Below the pieces are notes generated by a model. The model was given only the letters and a program-made list of their open reading frames with translations. It ran no database searches and was not told the DNA's origin. Below are positions 1-12,630 of a stretch of DNA of 64,000 nt, piece by piece (the stretch's first letter is position 1; each line of letters opens with the position of its first letter). The DNA is from Octopus sinensis (Eukaryota), in NCBI RefSeq assembly GCF_006345805.1, contig NC_043006.1, positions 102,734,001 through 102,798,000 of the forward strand. Direction: 5' to 3'. The position numbers and the translations under genes are program-made.

Positions 1-77
<77 letters not shown>

Positions 78-175
78 CTCTCTATCTCTATGTAAATATA
101 TATAATATATATATATATATATATTATATATCTATATATATATATATATAGATATATATATATATATATATTTAT
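1..175. repeat. (CTAT)n followed by (AT)n microsatellites
   Basis: Direct reading of the sequence. Confidence 0.97.
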
Positions 176-737
176 AGTTGTATCTTTCTTTTTACATATA
201 CATCTTCAGTTGTTTTGTAATTCAGTTAGAACTAATTAGCATAATATTAATTTATATTATTCCAAACATTTCGTTCATTGATCTCTTTGGTCGATGCCTG
301 CATGAAATATATTCATGTATTGTACCCTGTGTTGTATTCTGAGAATTATTTATAATATCGGGTAAATTTTTACATGAAAATATATTCTTCTTGTATTTAT
401 AATTCACATTTCCAAACAGAGGTTGAATCTGAGATTGTCGATACATTTTGCTGTAGATTATCTGTGCACAATGAGATAAAGATTGGAATCATGAAATATT
501 TCAGCTGAACATTTACACATCGTGTTTAAGATATTTCGTCTCGTGAATGTATGTAACGTAGTTCAGCTCGAATATCTTTCTTTTTTTGTTTGGGTCCTCT
601 GATTAAAGAAGGTTCTAGTTGTGATTTATATTTTCCAGCTGCTAGAAATATAATCATATATACATAAATATGTATATATATATATAGTATATATTATATA
701 CATAAATATGTGTATATATATATATATATATGCATAT

Positions 738-922
738 GTACGGGTGAGTGCTGAAAAGTTCCTGGCTGTAAGAGCATCGCGAAAGGCCTGGTTGGAAGCT
801 CAACCTTTCGAGTTCTTTCACAGGACTTAGAAAAACTGTGTGAATCTGAGACGGGAAAATGGCGAATAAAATCATAACTAACTGATCTGCCTGTATTTTC
901 TTTTACCCAAAGCCAGGAACTT
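738..922. mobile_element. Small mariner-like MITE remnant
   Basis: Left end TA-CGGGTGAGTGCTGAAAAGTTCCTGGCT. AAGTTCCTGGCT (756-767) is the reverse complement of AGCCAGGAACTT (911-922). The right TIR is truncated. Confidence 0.5.
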
Positions 923-2020
923 CTCTGTCTGTCTGTCTCTTTCTCTGTCTCTCTGACTTGATCTCATATAAATAGGATCGAGGATTCAGATGCTTCCTCA
1001 CACCTTTCATTACCCTTTATCATTCCGCATTCAAAAGTCATCATCCGCATTTAAACGTCATATTTGTATGTCTGTCTGTTTTTGTCTGTATGTATGCATG
1101 CATGCACGTATGTTTGTGTGCATGCGTGTACGAATACACACACATTTGGAGTGATGATGTAACGACATATACAGATATCCAAGACCACAACAGAACAAAG
1201 GCCACTCTACTGTTTGAAATGAATTCAATCACAAACATACAGCAGCCTCTGGCCCGCAACTGTGCTGGGACCACTTCCTTAATTTTCTACTACTACTACA
1301 ATAGTCTCTACGCTTCAGAGAAGTCCTCCATCAGTCAATGCTAACCTCACATATACACACATATACGCAGACCTAAGCAACATATTTTTACCAACCCTGA
1401 CAGTTAATCGTGTACCCGAACCTCCCCTCTCCATGTCACTGATGTTTATCTAAGGGATAGATCGTTGACTGGGGCCAATATATCATGGCATCAGTGCTGT
1501 CTCAGACGTTGCGGTCAGAAAGTAAAGAAACGTAACAGATACCATAAAGCATCGTCTTACCCAACCCTAAATCAGTTCTATCATTCCACTGCACTTGTTG
1601 GTACCATGTTCACATAAACATGCATGCATGCATCCATCCATCCATCCATGCATAAATACATACATACATACATAGGTTCACTACAGCTGTTTCATAGTGT
1701 TCTTTATTGATAAGCAAAAGTGTTACATCGCGCGCAAACAAAGTCATATTCATCAGGTGAATTAAGAGTAAAATTTAACACTTAGGATCCCTCACAAAAA
1801 TAGAACATAGTGTAAGTTGACCCACCCATCCGGGGAGGGTCAACTTTACTAAGAACGTATGGTATTGTTAGTGCATTGGTGCGCTATCCCCGGCTCTACC
1901 TTGATGTTTCTACTATTTAAATACGTGATTCTATAAGATCGTGGAAACTTTATTATATATATATATATATACATATAGCGTCAAGGTAATATATTCTTTG
2001 TCAACGTTCTCTTTCTGTCC

Positions 2021-2324
2021 CGCGGTTTCGATTCCCAGACCGGGCGTTGTGAGTGTTTATTGAGCAAAATCACCTAAAGCTTCACGAGGATCCGACAGAA
2101 GGTGGTGGTGAATCCTGCTGTACTCTTTCACCACAACTTTCTCTCACTCTTTCTTCCTGTTTCTGCTGTTCACGTATTTCAAAGGGCCAGCCTTGTTACA
2201 CTCTGTGTCACGCTGAATCTCCTCGAGAACTACGTTAAGGGTACATGAGTCTGTGGAGTGATCAGCCACTTGCACGTTAATTTCACGAACAGGCCGATCC
2301 GTCGATCGGATCATCTGGAACCTC
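2021..2324 (+). mobile_element. tRNA-derived SINE family A, 5'-truncated, tail type 1
   Basis: B-box GGTTTCGATTCCC; colinear with the full copy at 31072-31463. Confidence 0.85.
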
Positions 2325-2479
2325 AATTAGGCAGTCCCTAAAAAATAGACGCCCTTAGGACATTTCCTGGGATTAAGGGAGTCGCTGGTTTGAGTTTCGT
2401 TGTCTTTGCACTAACGGTCAAAGAGGAGTTAACGAACATTAAAAACGCAACGGATAGAGAAACCTCACTCAAATTTATA

Positions 2480-2535
<56 letters not shown>

Positions 2536-2724
2536 TATACATATATGCAAATATGTACCTTATATATATGTGTGGGGGTGAATATGTGTGAATGTCTGTA
2601 TTTAATACAAATAACATTCTGTTAATAAAGCAGACATGTTTTTACGATGTCAGAAATGCGTGTAAAATGAGTTGCATTGTTGGCATAATTTCTCTGTGGA
2701 ATTTGATTTTTCGTAATTATTTCG

Positions 2725-2728
2725 TCTT

Positions 2729-2778
<50 letters not shown>

Positions 2779-2798
2779 TAATAATAATAATGATAATA

Positions 2799-2835
<37 letters not shown>

Positions 2836-2930
2836 TAACAATAACAATAATAATAATAATAATAACGGTAATAGTAGTGTAGTAGTAGTAGTAGTAGTAG
2901 TAATAGCACCAGTAGTAGTTGTAGTATTGA
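2725..2930. repeat. (ATA)n/(ATG)n/(GTA)n compound trinucleotide microsatellite
   Basis: Direct reading; source of the poly-I/Y/L ORFs. Confidence 0.97.
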
Positions 2931-3251
2931 ACAAAGAAAAGATAAACAAACAAATTAATACCACAAACAATGGAACTAATACATTAGTATCATTTGCTGT
3001 GTTTGCGTACGAATATAATGACTTGTCTGTATCTGCTGCTGTTGACATACATTCTGCAGACATTTTACGTACGTACGGCTGGCAATCCACCGTTCTTTCT
3101 CCTGCGCCCTCTCTAATCGTAAAAGCATAAATAAGATAAACAAAAACTAAAGCAAGAACATATTTGCCTCCCAGGCAAATATGACCTGATGTTCTTGTTA
3201 ATTGTAATTTTTTTTTAGATGCCCACGGAATAGTAAGCTGACATAGACACC

Positions 3252-3483
3252 TATTTCTTTACTGCCCACAAGGGGTTAAACACAGAAGGAACAAACAAGG
3301 ACAGACAAACGGATTAAGTCGATTATATCGACCCCAGTGCATAACTGGTACTTAATTTATCGACCCCGAAAGGATGAAAGGCAAAGTCGACCTCGGCGGA
3401 ATTTGAACTCAGAACGTAACGGCAGACAAAATACCGCTGAGCATTTCGTCCGGCACGCTAACGTTTCTGCCAGCTCGCCGCCT
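3252..3483 (-). mobile_element. tRNA-derived SINE family C
   Basis: Minus-strand head AAGGCGGCGAGCTGGCAGAAACGTTAG...GAGTTCAAATTCCGCC. Flanked by TGACATAGACACC at 3239-3251 and 3484-3496. Confidence 0.88.
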
Positions 3484-3563
3484 TGACATAGACACCGTCT
3501 AAGCTGACATAGACACCGTCTAAGCTGACATAGACACCGTCTAAGCTGACATAGACACCGTCT
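3484..3563. repeat. 21-bp minisatellite (CTAAGCTGACATAGACACCGT), ~3.8 copies
   Basis: Exact tandem copies. Confidence 0.95.
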
Positions 3564-3752
3564 CGGGCCTCTCACCCATTGACCAGTGGAACATCGTTAG
3601 TGTGACACATGGACAGAGAGGAATTGAACTCCTGACCTAAAAATTATCGTTAAGTCTAAGACCCTAAGCATTCGGCCTGGCACCTGAGGTAGTTATAAAA
3701 TCATGGTTATTTTTGCATAAATTCTTGTGGTTGTATGTCTACAATATATTCA

Positions 3753-4157
3753 TTACTCTTTTGCTTGTTTCAGTCATTTAACTGCAGCCATGCTGGAGCA
3801 CCGCCTTTAGTCAAGCAAATCGACCCCAGGACTTATTCTTTGTAAGCCTAGTACTTATTCTATCGGTCTCTTTTGCCGAACCGCTAAGATACGGAGATGT
3901 AAACACATCGGCATCGGTTGTCAAGCGATGTTGGGGGGACAAACACAAATACACAAACACACACACGCATACATGTACAATTACATATATACCACAGGCT
4001 TCTTTCAGTTTCCGTCTACCAGATTCACTCACAAGGCTTTGGTGGGCCCGAGGCTATAGTAGAAGACACTTGCCAAAGGTGCCACACAGTGGGACTGAAC
4101 CTGGGACCATGTGGACTGTAAGTAAGCTACTTACCACACAGCCACTCCTGCGCCTAT
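3753..4157 (-). mobile_element. tRNA-derived SINE family B, full length, with internal microsatellite
   Basis: Reverse complement of the copy at 41976-42410: head GGCGCAGGAGTGGCTGTGTGGTAAG, B-box GGTTCAGTCCC, 3' end AAATGACTGAAACAAG. Confidence 0.9.
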
Positions 4158-4734
4158 ACATTAGCATACTTCATACTCACCAATGTATTTCAGAAACAAG
4201 TGAGGAAAATAAACTAGCAAAAAACCATCATAGCTGTTGCCGCAAATATGTTTCTACAAGCCACTGGTACTATTTAGCTTTCATTAAACAGTTTTCATGT
4301 ATTTTGCGGAGAGCTTTAAAATTGCATCTTCTCAAGTCAGTAATATTGATCGCTTATTGATGTGCAAATCTCAGCACAACAAGTACAAAACTGTCCCACA
4401 AATTCTTGGTTTACACGTAACATTCCTCTCTCTCTCGCCCTCTCACACACATACGCACACAGACACAGACCGAGGCACACACACACATACACACACACAA
4501 CACACACACACATACACACATACACATATAATATCATCAACATTCTCGTATCTTCCATCTTCTGTCTCTCTCATCTCATTAACAATATATATATATATAT
4601 ATATATGTATCCCCTAGTTTCCTTCTCGTGTGTGACTCTTCTGTCCGAATCAGTTGCCATGATAGATCGTTAGCCACTACACACGTTTTTTTTCTCTCCT
4701 TGTTTTTCTCCTTGTTTTTTTCTGTGTCCCTTTC

Positions 4735-4842
4735 TATTCATCCGAAAGGATGAAAGGCAAAGTCAACCTCGGCGGAATTTGAACTCAGAACGTAAAGACA
4801 GACGAAATACCGCTAAGCATTTCGCCCGGCGTGCTAACGATT
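4735..4842 (-). mobile_element. SINE family C 5' half
   Basis: CCGAAAGGATGAAAGGCAAAGTC...GCTAAGCATTTCGCCCGGCGTGCTAACG. Confidence 0.8.
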
Positions 4843-5006
4843 GTTTTCTACTCTAGACACATATTCTCTAGGCAATATTCATCATCGACCTGTTGCAGTT
4901 GACGTTGATGAGACCTGGTAGAGAGACTTGGCCCTCATATATGTATACATACACATATACACATACACATCTACATACAACAGCCGACTAACTATTCTAT
5001 CTATTA

Positions 5007-5056
<50 letters not shown>

Positions 5057-5061
<5 letters not shown>

Positions 5062-5249
5062 TAACTAAATTAAGACGAACAAGGAGTTACATATAACATC
5101 AAATTGTTAGTTGTTACATAAACATAAATATAATCTTTTCTACTCTAGGTACAAGGCGCGAAATTTTTGGGGAGGGTTCCGTCGATGAAATCGATTCCAG
5201 TACACAACTTGATGTTATATGTAACTCATTGTTCGTCTTATTTTAGTTA

Positions 5250-5254
<5 letters not shown>
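5057..5254. repeat. 50-bp inverted repeat enclosing a SINE C 3' fragment
   Basis: Arm 5057-5106 versus arm 5205-5254, about 3 mismatches. Confidence 0.9.
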
Positions 5255-5288
<34 letters not shown>

Positions 5289-5291
5289 TGT

Positions 5292-5780
5292 GTGTATTTG
5301 CTTTAACTACAACATTAGACCATTTTAGCTCTTGTTTCTAGCAATGTAGGTGTTCTAACACCTTAGTCATATTTAGTGACAATTATAGCTTTCCTTTTTC
5401 GGTAATACATTGTACACGTCTGTTTGTATCAAGCTTTTGTATACACATTAGCGGTTCGCTAAGTCATCCATAAATTTTTATGGTGAATACGTATTTACTG
5501 ACAAAAAATTAAGTCCGGAATCAGCCGAATCGAGCAGTCCCTACTGATGAAGCTACGGTAATAGCCGAGACTGACCGATCAGTATAGGGATTACTCGACC
5601 GGTGTTTTCGGGTGATTACAGTCTCTGTCAGCATATATGTATACAATTATGTGCTTTAACTATAGTATGGGAGCATTTAGCTCTTATTTTTAGCAATGTA
5701 TGTGTTCTAACATCCTAGTCACATTTAGTAATAATTATATTTTTACTTTTGGTAGAACGTTGCACACGGCTGTCTATATA
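5292..5780 (+). mobile_element. HHR-bearing repeat with ~130-bp diverged direct repeats at a 353-bp period (retrozyme or Penelope pLTR-like)
   Basis: GCTTTAACTA...TTTAGCTCTT...TAGCAATGTA...GTGTTCTAACA at 5300 recurs at 5653; the HHR lies between the two copies. Confidence 0.65.
5532..5596 (+). ncRNA. Type I hammerhead ribozyme motif with two core-proximal substitutions
   Basis: Stem I GAGCAGTCCCTA/TAGGGATTACTC; core CTGATGA (5544-5550); stem II GCTA/TAGC with A10.1-C11.1 mismatch; GAGA instead of GAAA; stem III ACTGA-CCGA-TCAGT; GUA triplet (A17 = 5584). Confidence 0.8.
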
Positions 5781-5804
5781 ATTTATATATATATGTATAT
5801 ATAT

Positions 5805-5855
<51 letters not shown>

Positions 5856-5857
5856 AT

Positions 5858-5959
<102 letters not shown>

Positions 5960-7372
5960 CTGTAGTGCTAGAATGTTATTTTTACTGTCAGTAGTGGCTG
6001 CTAACTGCTGTTCTAGGTTTAAATAACATATTTAGTTTGAGATAGTGAAGCGGTAACTAGGATTAGTTTAGTGTGGCGGATTCGAACCTAGTATTCATTA
6101 GTTGCTCATTGACCGTATTAAGACTATACAGGAAGGACTATGTGTGCTCGAGGAGTCAATAAATCAGCGGATAAGCAGCCTTGCCTCAAGTTACCGTTAC
6201 TGTATATAAAATACTTTATTTCAAGTACTCAGTACACCTTTAATACATCTTTCAGCAGAGTAATTAAAAAAGCCGCGACAGCAGTAATGGCCTCAAATCG
6301 CTTTTTGAGATTTTAAAGTAAACATCAAGAATGTATTCCAGTATAAATCCTGTTTTCAGTCACTACATAAAATAGACGTCTTCAATGATGGCCGAGTATG
6401 CAAAACGGATTAAGAGATATTTAGGTTACTACTATTTCAAGCGCATATTTTTGTTATCTTATTATCAAAGTAATATCGACTGAATTATTAACAACAAAAC
6501 GTCTTAAGTTGCTAGCATCTTCGTAGGAATGTACTTTATCATCGCTAAAGAGTCATAGAATTACAAAAATTCCCATGTGATATGCAACATCCTGATGGCA
6601 AGACTTTACGAAATATTTGCAGACAATCTTCATGCGAGATAAAAATTCTTGAAAATCTATACTATTATATTATTAGTGTCAGTAAAAGAACAGGACTAAA
6701 ATGCAATATAATATTTTGTTAGCATCTTGATATTTTGCGTTTATATCTCAGTGGAATCAAATTTGCCTTTCAGTCTTTAAAAGTCGATAAAATAAATACC
6801 AGATACACATTAAATTGAATTCCATTAATTACATTCTCGTCATGTAACAATATATGCCGTCTTGTTGTAATGTAAGAGAACTCATTCAGAGTTAGAAACC
6901 TGCATAGTAGACAAATATAAGCCCCAGACGCCGAGAGTACTAACTGTTTTCGAATCCTGGTTGGGAAATATTTCGTAATTACTACAGTATATCTATCTGT
7001 TTGTCTGCCTCTCTATCCATTTGTTTATATCTCTGTAGACAAATATATATCATGTTGATTTTGATAAGAAAAATATGGCACTTAGTACATCTTTTTCTAT
7101 AGTATTGTTGTCGATCAAATGAAGGAGCGATTAAATGTGCACAATGCGATGTGCAACGTGCAACGGTTAGGTCGTGTCAGGCTATTCGAAATGCAAGAAA
7201 GCTAAATAAATCGTCAACAGTGCATCTTCGTTCTTTAAGTTTGTTCTAATAAACACTGCAAATTATACTCCGAATTTAATTGGTGTCCGACCTCGGATTT
7301 ACAAAAGCTCTTAATTATGTACAAACAAGTTGGGTTTTAAGAATATATACATACACTTATAAATACCCAATA

Positions 7373-7474
7373 GATTATGGGGCATATGAGTCTAATTACG
7401 TATAGGTAAGTATATATGTATATATATGCATATATACTTACCTATACGTAATTAGACTCATATGCCCCATAATC
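7373..7474. repeat. Perfect 46-bp inverted repeat with 10-bp spacer
   Basis: 7373-7418 is the exact reverse complement of 7429-7474. Confidence 0.97.
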
Positions 7475-8062
7475 CATGCATATATAAAGGTGAAGCGAAC
7501 AGGTAAAAATCAGGGAGTTAAAGAGACACTGAAGGAAAAATTTAAAAAATTGAAAAATTGACAACGTTTCTGTGCTTCACACTAACACATGTACTACCAC
7601 TCCATTACAACTGTGTTTCAATGAATCTGTTTTACCCCTGGAGGAACCTGACTGCTGGACTTTTTCAGGCATAATTCTGAAATGTGTGTGTGTGCGTGTG
7701 TGTGGTGTGCGTATATGTGTAGGTGTCTAGATAGTGTATGTAGATGGATAGAAAGCAAAGAATTTACAAGAAGATATACAAAAATAAATCAGGTGATTAA
7801 ACCATAAGGCTCGTCAAAAAGACATCTAAATAGACAGGGAAGGAGTCATACAGACTTACCAGATAAATATACAGAGACGTAGATAGACACGTAGATGAAA
7901 AGATAGATATGTAGATAGACAGACAGATACCACAAAATATCTCAACAACTTCCTGCCAGCAATATAGATTTATGTTGTCTTCGGGATATAATTTAGCAAC
8001 GGAAATGAAGTTGTAAAAATATTCTGTATTCTGATAGTTAACTGAAAGGAAATTCCAGTCCT

Positions 8063-8179
8063 TTATGTATGTATGTATGTATGTATGTATGTATGTATGC
8101 ATGCATGAATGTATGTATCCATGCATGTATGTATGCATCCATGCATGTATGTATGTATGCATGCATGCTTGCATGCATG

Positions 8180-8213
<34 letters not shown>

Positions 8214-8280
8214 TGTATGTATTCATGCATGCATGTATGTACGTATGTATGTATATATGTATTCATATACGTATGTATGC
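8063..8280. repeat. (TATG)n/(CATG)n tetranucleotide array
   Basis: Direct reading. Confidence 0.95.
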
Positions 8281-8459
8281 TTGAATGTTTTAAGGATGTT
8301 TGTTTTTTCTTACTCATTGGAATTTTAAGGTACATTCCGACGGGCTACCTGCTCGGTGGCAAGGTTGTAAACAAGTTATTTTGTTTGCAAAGGAAAATAA
8401 GTACTATTCTCTTCCTCTTCTTTAAAGAGTGAACTGTTACCTGCATAACAGTTCACCTT

Positions 8460-8760
8460 TTAAATTTGAAGATGTTGCGTATTTTTATAGACCCAAATAG
8501 CATGATCATTTGTAGCTCCCGCAATATCCTGGATGCGTTCAATCTCCAAGAATCCAAGTTTTCTACTACTCTGATCTTTGCGAGTTGGTGGTACATAGCC
8601 TGTTGTTGCAATAACAATGGGAATTAAGCTGAAAATGTGATTTGGTGTTGGATTTTCAGGTTCCTTATCAAAGCCCATAAATTTTTCTTTCGTAGTTTTC
8701 CTACTACATTGGTGTCAGTTGAATCACTGATTTCTTTCGTCATCCTGCATATTAAATGTC
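8460..8760 (-). pseudogene. Possible C-terminal remnant of a restriction-like-endonuclease LINE (R4/Dong/NeSL type)
   Basis: Frameshifted translation SDSTDTNVVGK/TKEKFMGF...FSLIPIVIATTGYVPPT...KLGFLEIERIQDIA resembles the RLE-LINE end (PxDxN..KExEK..KY...IIPIVIGxxGxIP...LG...IQK). Motif recognition from memory only. Confidence 0.35.
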
Positions 8761-9029
8761 ATGTCGGTTGTGTTTAATTAAATTCTTGTTTTTTTATTCT
8801 TAGCTACGACCAGTATGCTTTCCATCCATCGGTTTCAGCGCATTAATGTTTATTTGTCGTTATTTTTACCTTTCTCAGTTATTTTGAAAAACATAAAAAG
8901 CATATTAGAGTGTTGCTGCAAACAAACATCAAAACAAGTCTGTGTTAGCATAACTTCGTTTCTTTTCTTACCCCCGAGATTTGAACATTTCACCTTTAGC
9001 ACCAAGAAATTTAAAGTTAGTGACTTGGA

Positions 9030-9960
9030 TGTGCTTGTTTCTGGTTGCAGACTCTTGATATACGGAATTTTGGATTTTACATATAACCGTAAGACAGTCC
9101 CTATATTCAATTTATTTCTAAATTTGTTTTCTGTTATTTAATAAGGTTAAACTGTTCTTTCATTTGAGTATGTACTTCAATATCGTACGAATATTGTAAA
9201 AGATTTTGTGCTAAAATTTTATCAGTTGCACTTATTTTGATTTTAAGGTACGTTGCAATGTCTCTTTGCTGCTCTTTTTTATTCCCGTGGAATATTATCC
9301 AGTTTAAGTTTAATCCTGAAGTTTACTTTCGTTTTCACATGGAAAATGCCATAATTCAAATGTATCTGCCAACTATGACAAAATTGAATCTCTGAAAGTT
9401 TGCTTTGGCAAATTTTGGTTGGTAATAAAAAAAAATTATTAATGTTTTTAAAATACTTCTTTCTTAGCTACGTAGTCACTCTGGAGTTTCTACAGCCATG
9501 AACAATCATTTAGAAAAGATTTTGAATCATACCATATTGGCGACCAACATTGAAAGATTAATTTCATTCAAGTAAGTAAATATATCAGAATAAGACACCA
9601 TTTTTCTTCATCCAGCACTAATATTTTAATTTGGCTGGAAGTTCAAAGGATGTTCGCAAAGAAATAATCCAATTTCTTCACGCAGTTCGGAAAACTCCGC
9701 CAACACTTCCAAACAACAACCAGCACTCTTTGGTATGTAGTAAAGTTGTATACCAAGTGTTCATATTTTCATATAATAAATTGAGAATATCTGCATTTAG
9801 TGAATTTGATTTAATAAAAACTAACCAGAAACCTTTGAATATTTGATTTTGGCTTTTTTTATTCTTGCAACAGAACCAGAAAATTTCCTGACAACAGCTG
9901 CATCTTCATCAACTAAAATACTTTTTAACAAACTTACAACGAAATTTAATGTTTTTTTTC
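9030..9960 (-). pseudogene. Decayed hAT transposase, Buster/Charlie (ZBED5/ZBED8/SCAND3-like) type
   Basis: Minus-strand pieces FIKSNSLNADILNLLYENM...TLLHTKECWL, VLAEFSELREEIGLFL, SYSDIFTYLNEINLSM and LRLYVKSKIPYIKSL match the order of Buster motifs (NFIK..LN, LLHTEVRWLS, F.ELR.EI..FL, YL.DIF..LN.LNLS, LRL.LS.I.P.I..L). Multiple stops and frameshifts. Confidence 0.75.
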
Positions 9961-10763
9961 GTTAATGGTTTGCGTTAGGCTCACTATACTTGGGCAGCTT
10001 GACGTTATTTTCATAACCATAACGTACAAATGTACGAAAAACTACTAAATAAACGACATTTGTTTATGCCTCCATTTAAAGAGAGAAGGCTGAACACATT
10101 TTGATCCGTCTTATTAACTCAGTTTTTTTTTAAAAGTATTGCATAAATTCACTTTAAAAGTGCGTCATTAGAAAATGGTACGTTATCAATATTTCTGCTA
10201 TATTTACTTATCATGCATTTCACCAAATCTTTTGCGCAGGAATTTATTAAGTTTCTACATTCCTATATATTTCACCAACATTTTTCTAGCTGATAACCCA
10301 TATAATATGAAGCTAGTAAAGTTTATTTGTTTTTTTTTGAAATATATGACGAAAATATAGCTTTCTTTTGAGTCAATTCAAACGCTTTAAAATATTTTTC
10401 ACTGCGACTTTTCTAAATTGATGCATATTGCCTTTAAATGTCAATTTAGTTTATTTGTATGGAAGATGCTAAAGCTGAAAACTTTTCCATGTTCAATAAA
10501 CACTTCACTTGATTCGGTTTTATCATCAGTCCAATGTGACACAGTAAGCAAATAAAAGTATCATAATATTTTTTCCTTTTATTTATTTTGGTGACTTTGT
10601 TGTTTCGACGAGGACTTTGAAAATTGATGGCGGCTGAAGTTGAGTAACCGGTTTTTGCGCTCATTGCTTGGGTCCTGCCTATTAGCACGTGGCATTGATT
10701 TTGTAACGATTTAACTATTTGGGATTTAACTATTTATCTATTTGGGATATAAATAGAGTGATT

Positions 10764-11177
10764 GGATCTTTTCGGTTTCAACGGCAGTTTTTTAAAATAA
10801 TTTCCACGTAACTAAACACTTTTAAACTTCGTATACTGGTAGAATGTGTTTATAAAACATCTTTTTCTCTTGGTTTTATTGAGAAAATTCTATAGTTTGT
10901 AAGATATTTGTTGTTTTTTTCTTCCATTTCTGCAATTTCAACCAATCAAATACGTCTATTGAAGTAAAAAAAAACATTCTGTGCCGTATGTCCCTCGTTT
11001 AAGAAACAGATTGGGTATATCTACATTTGTGAAGAAAAAAAGATACCCTTCCCCACACCCCTAACCCTAACCCTAAAACAGATTGAAATGCAATAGATCG
11101 ATACTAGGGTCATAATTATGGGTGACAATTTCATATGACACCGCTAGAAAAAACTGCCGTTCAAACCGAAAAGATCC
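10764..11177. mobile_element. MITE with ~28-bp TIRs, 8-bp TSD and internal CCCTAA repeats
   Basis: GGATCTTTTCGGTTTCAACGGCAGTTTT...AAAACTGCCGTTCAAACCGAAAAGATCC; TSD GAGTGATT on both sides; second copy at 22778-23197. Confidence 0.9.
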
Positions 11178-11566
11178 GAGTGATTTACTGACGATGAGAA
11201 GTTATAATTACCCACAATAGTTATATTCACTACATTAAAAAAGTCACTAAAATTTTAACACTCATAGTGCGCATTAGTTTTAATAACCATTTAGCATAAA
11301 TTGTTGCCTAAACTGAAAGCAATTAAAGATTATTGCACCAAGTTAGCTTTGGTTTGTATAGTGCATTGGCATTATTTTCCTCCATCTGTGCATGCGGCTA
11401 TATACGTGTATATTATATATATGTATGAGTATGTGATGACTAAATATCTTCTGTTTGAGTGTAAAAGATTGGATGCGGTGGTGGCAGGAATTTGGAGAAA
11501 TAAAGAAAGAATTTTTGGAAGAGGCGAGAGTTATAGGGAGTAGCAAATGCACGTCTTATGTGAATG

Positions 11567-11910
<344 letters not shown>

Positions 11911-12355
11911 AATAAAAGGAACATCTCTTTGGAGTGGTATTGCAGAAAGAGAAACGTTTAATTTTCAAGGTTCTAAAATTTTGGGAATGCAGCACCAGAA
12001 CGGGATTATAATATTTTAAATACGTCATAGAAAAAGAAAAAAATTATGAAATAAAGTAATTTAACTCTATATTATATTTCAAAAATCCCCCGGCGCACAT
12101 TTGTGCATTCTTGTGTATCTAAATAAATACTTGGACAGCAGCCAAATCTTTATATATATATATATTTACTTTTATGCGTGCGCGTGTGTGTGTGTATATA
12201 TATATAGATAGATAGATATAGATATATATATGTAGATAATATATATATATATATATATATGAGCATATATATACTTATATATATATATACACACATAAAT
12301 ATATATAATTATATATATATATTATATATATATATTATATATATATATATATACG

Positions 12356-12470
12356 CGCATACACACGACGGTATGATATACATACCGTCGTGTGTATGCG
12401 TGCATATTACTCTACCACTGGTATTTGAGTACTCTTTTTTCCACCTTGTTTCACATTTATGTGTTTACTC
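12356..12470. repeat. 20-bp perfect hairpin followed by a 69-bp dispersed repeat shared with 40585-40652
   Basis: CGCATACACACGACGGTATG/CATACCGTCGTGTGTATGCG, then GCATATTACTCTACC..GGTATT.GAGTACT...CATTTATGTG.TTACTC. Confidence 0.85.
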
Positions 12471-12471
12471 C

Positions 12472-12554
<83 letters not shown>

Positions 12555-12587
12555 GTACGTGTGTGTATGTATGCATGTGTGCACGTA

Positions 12588-12630
<43 letters not shown>

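Noticed and set aside
1814-1846. 10-bp inverted repeat AAGTTGACCC/GGGTCAACTT
   Set aside because: Too short to assign without a second copy.
4890-4935. TTGATGAGACCTGGTAGAGAGAC, HHR-like
   Set aside because: Core and stems are too degenerate to support.
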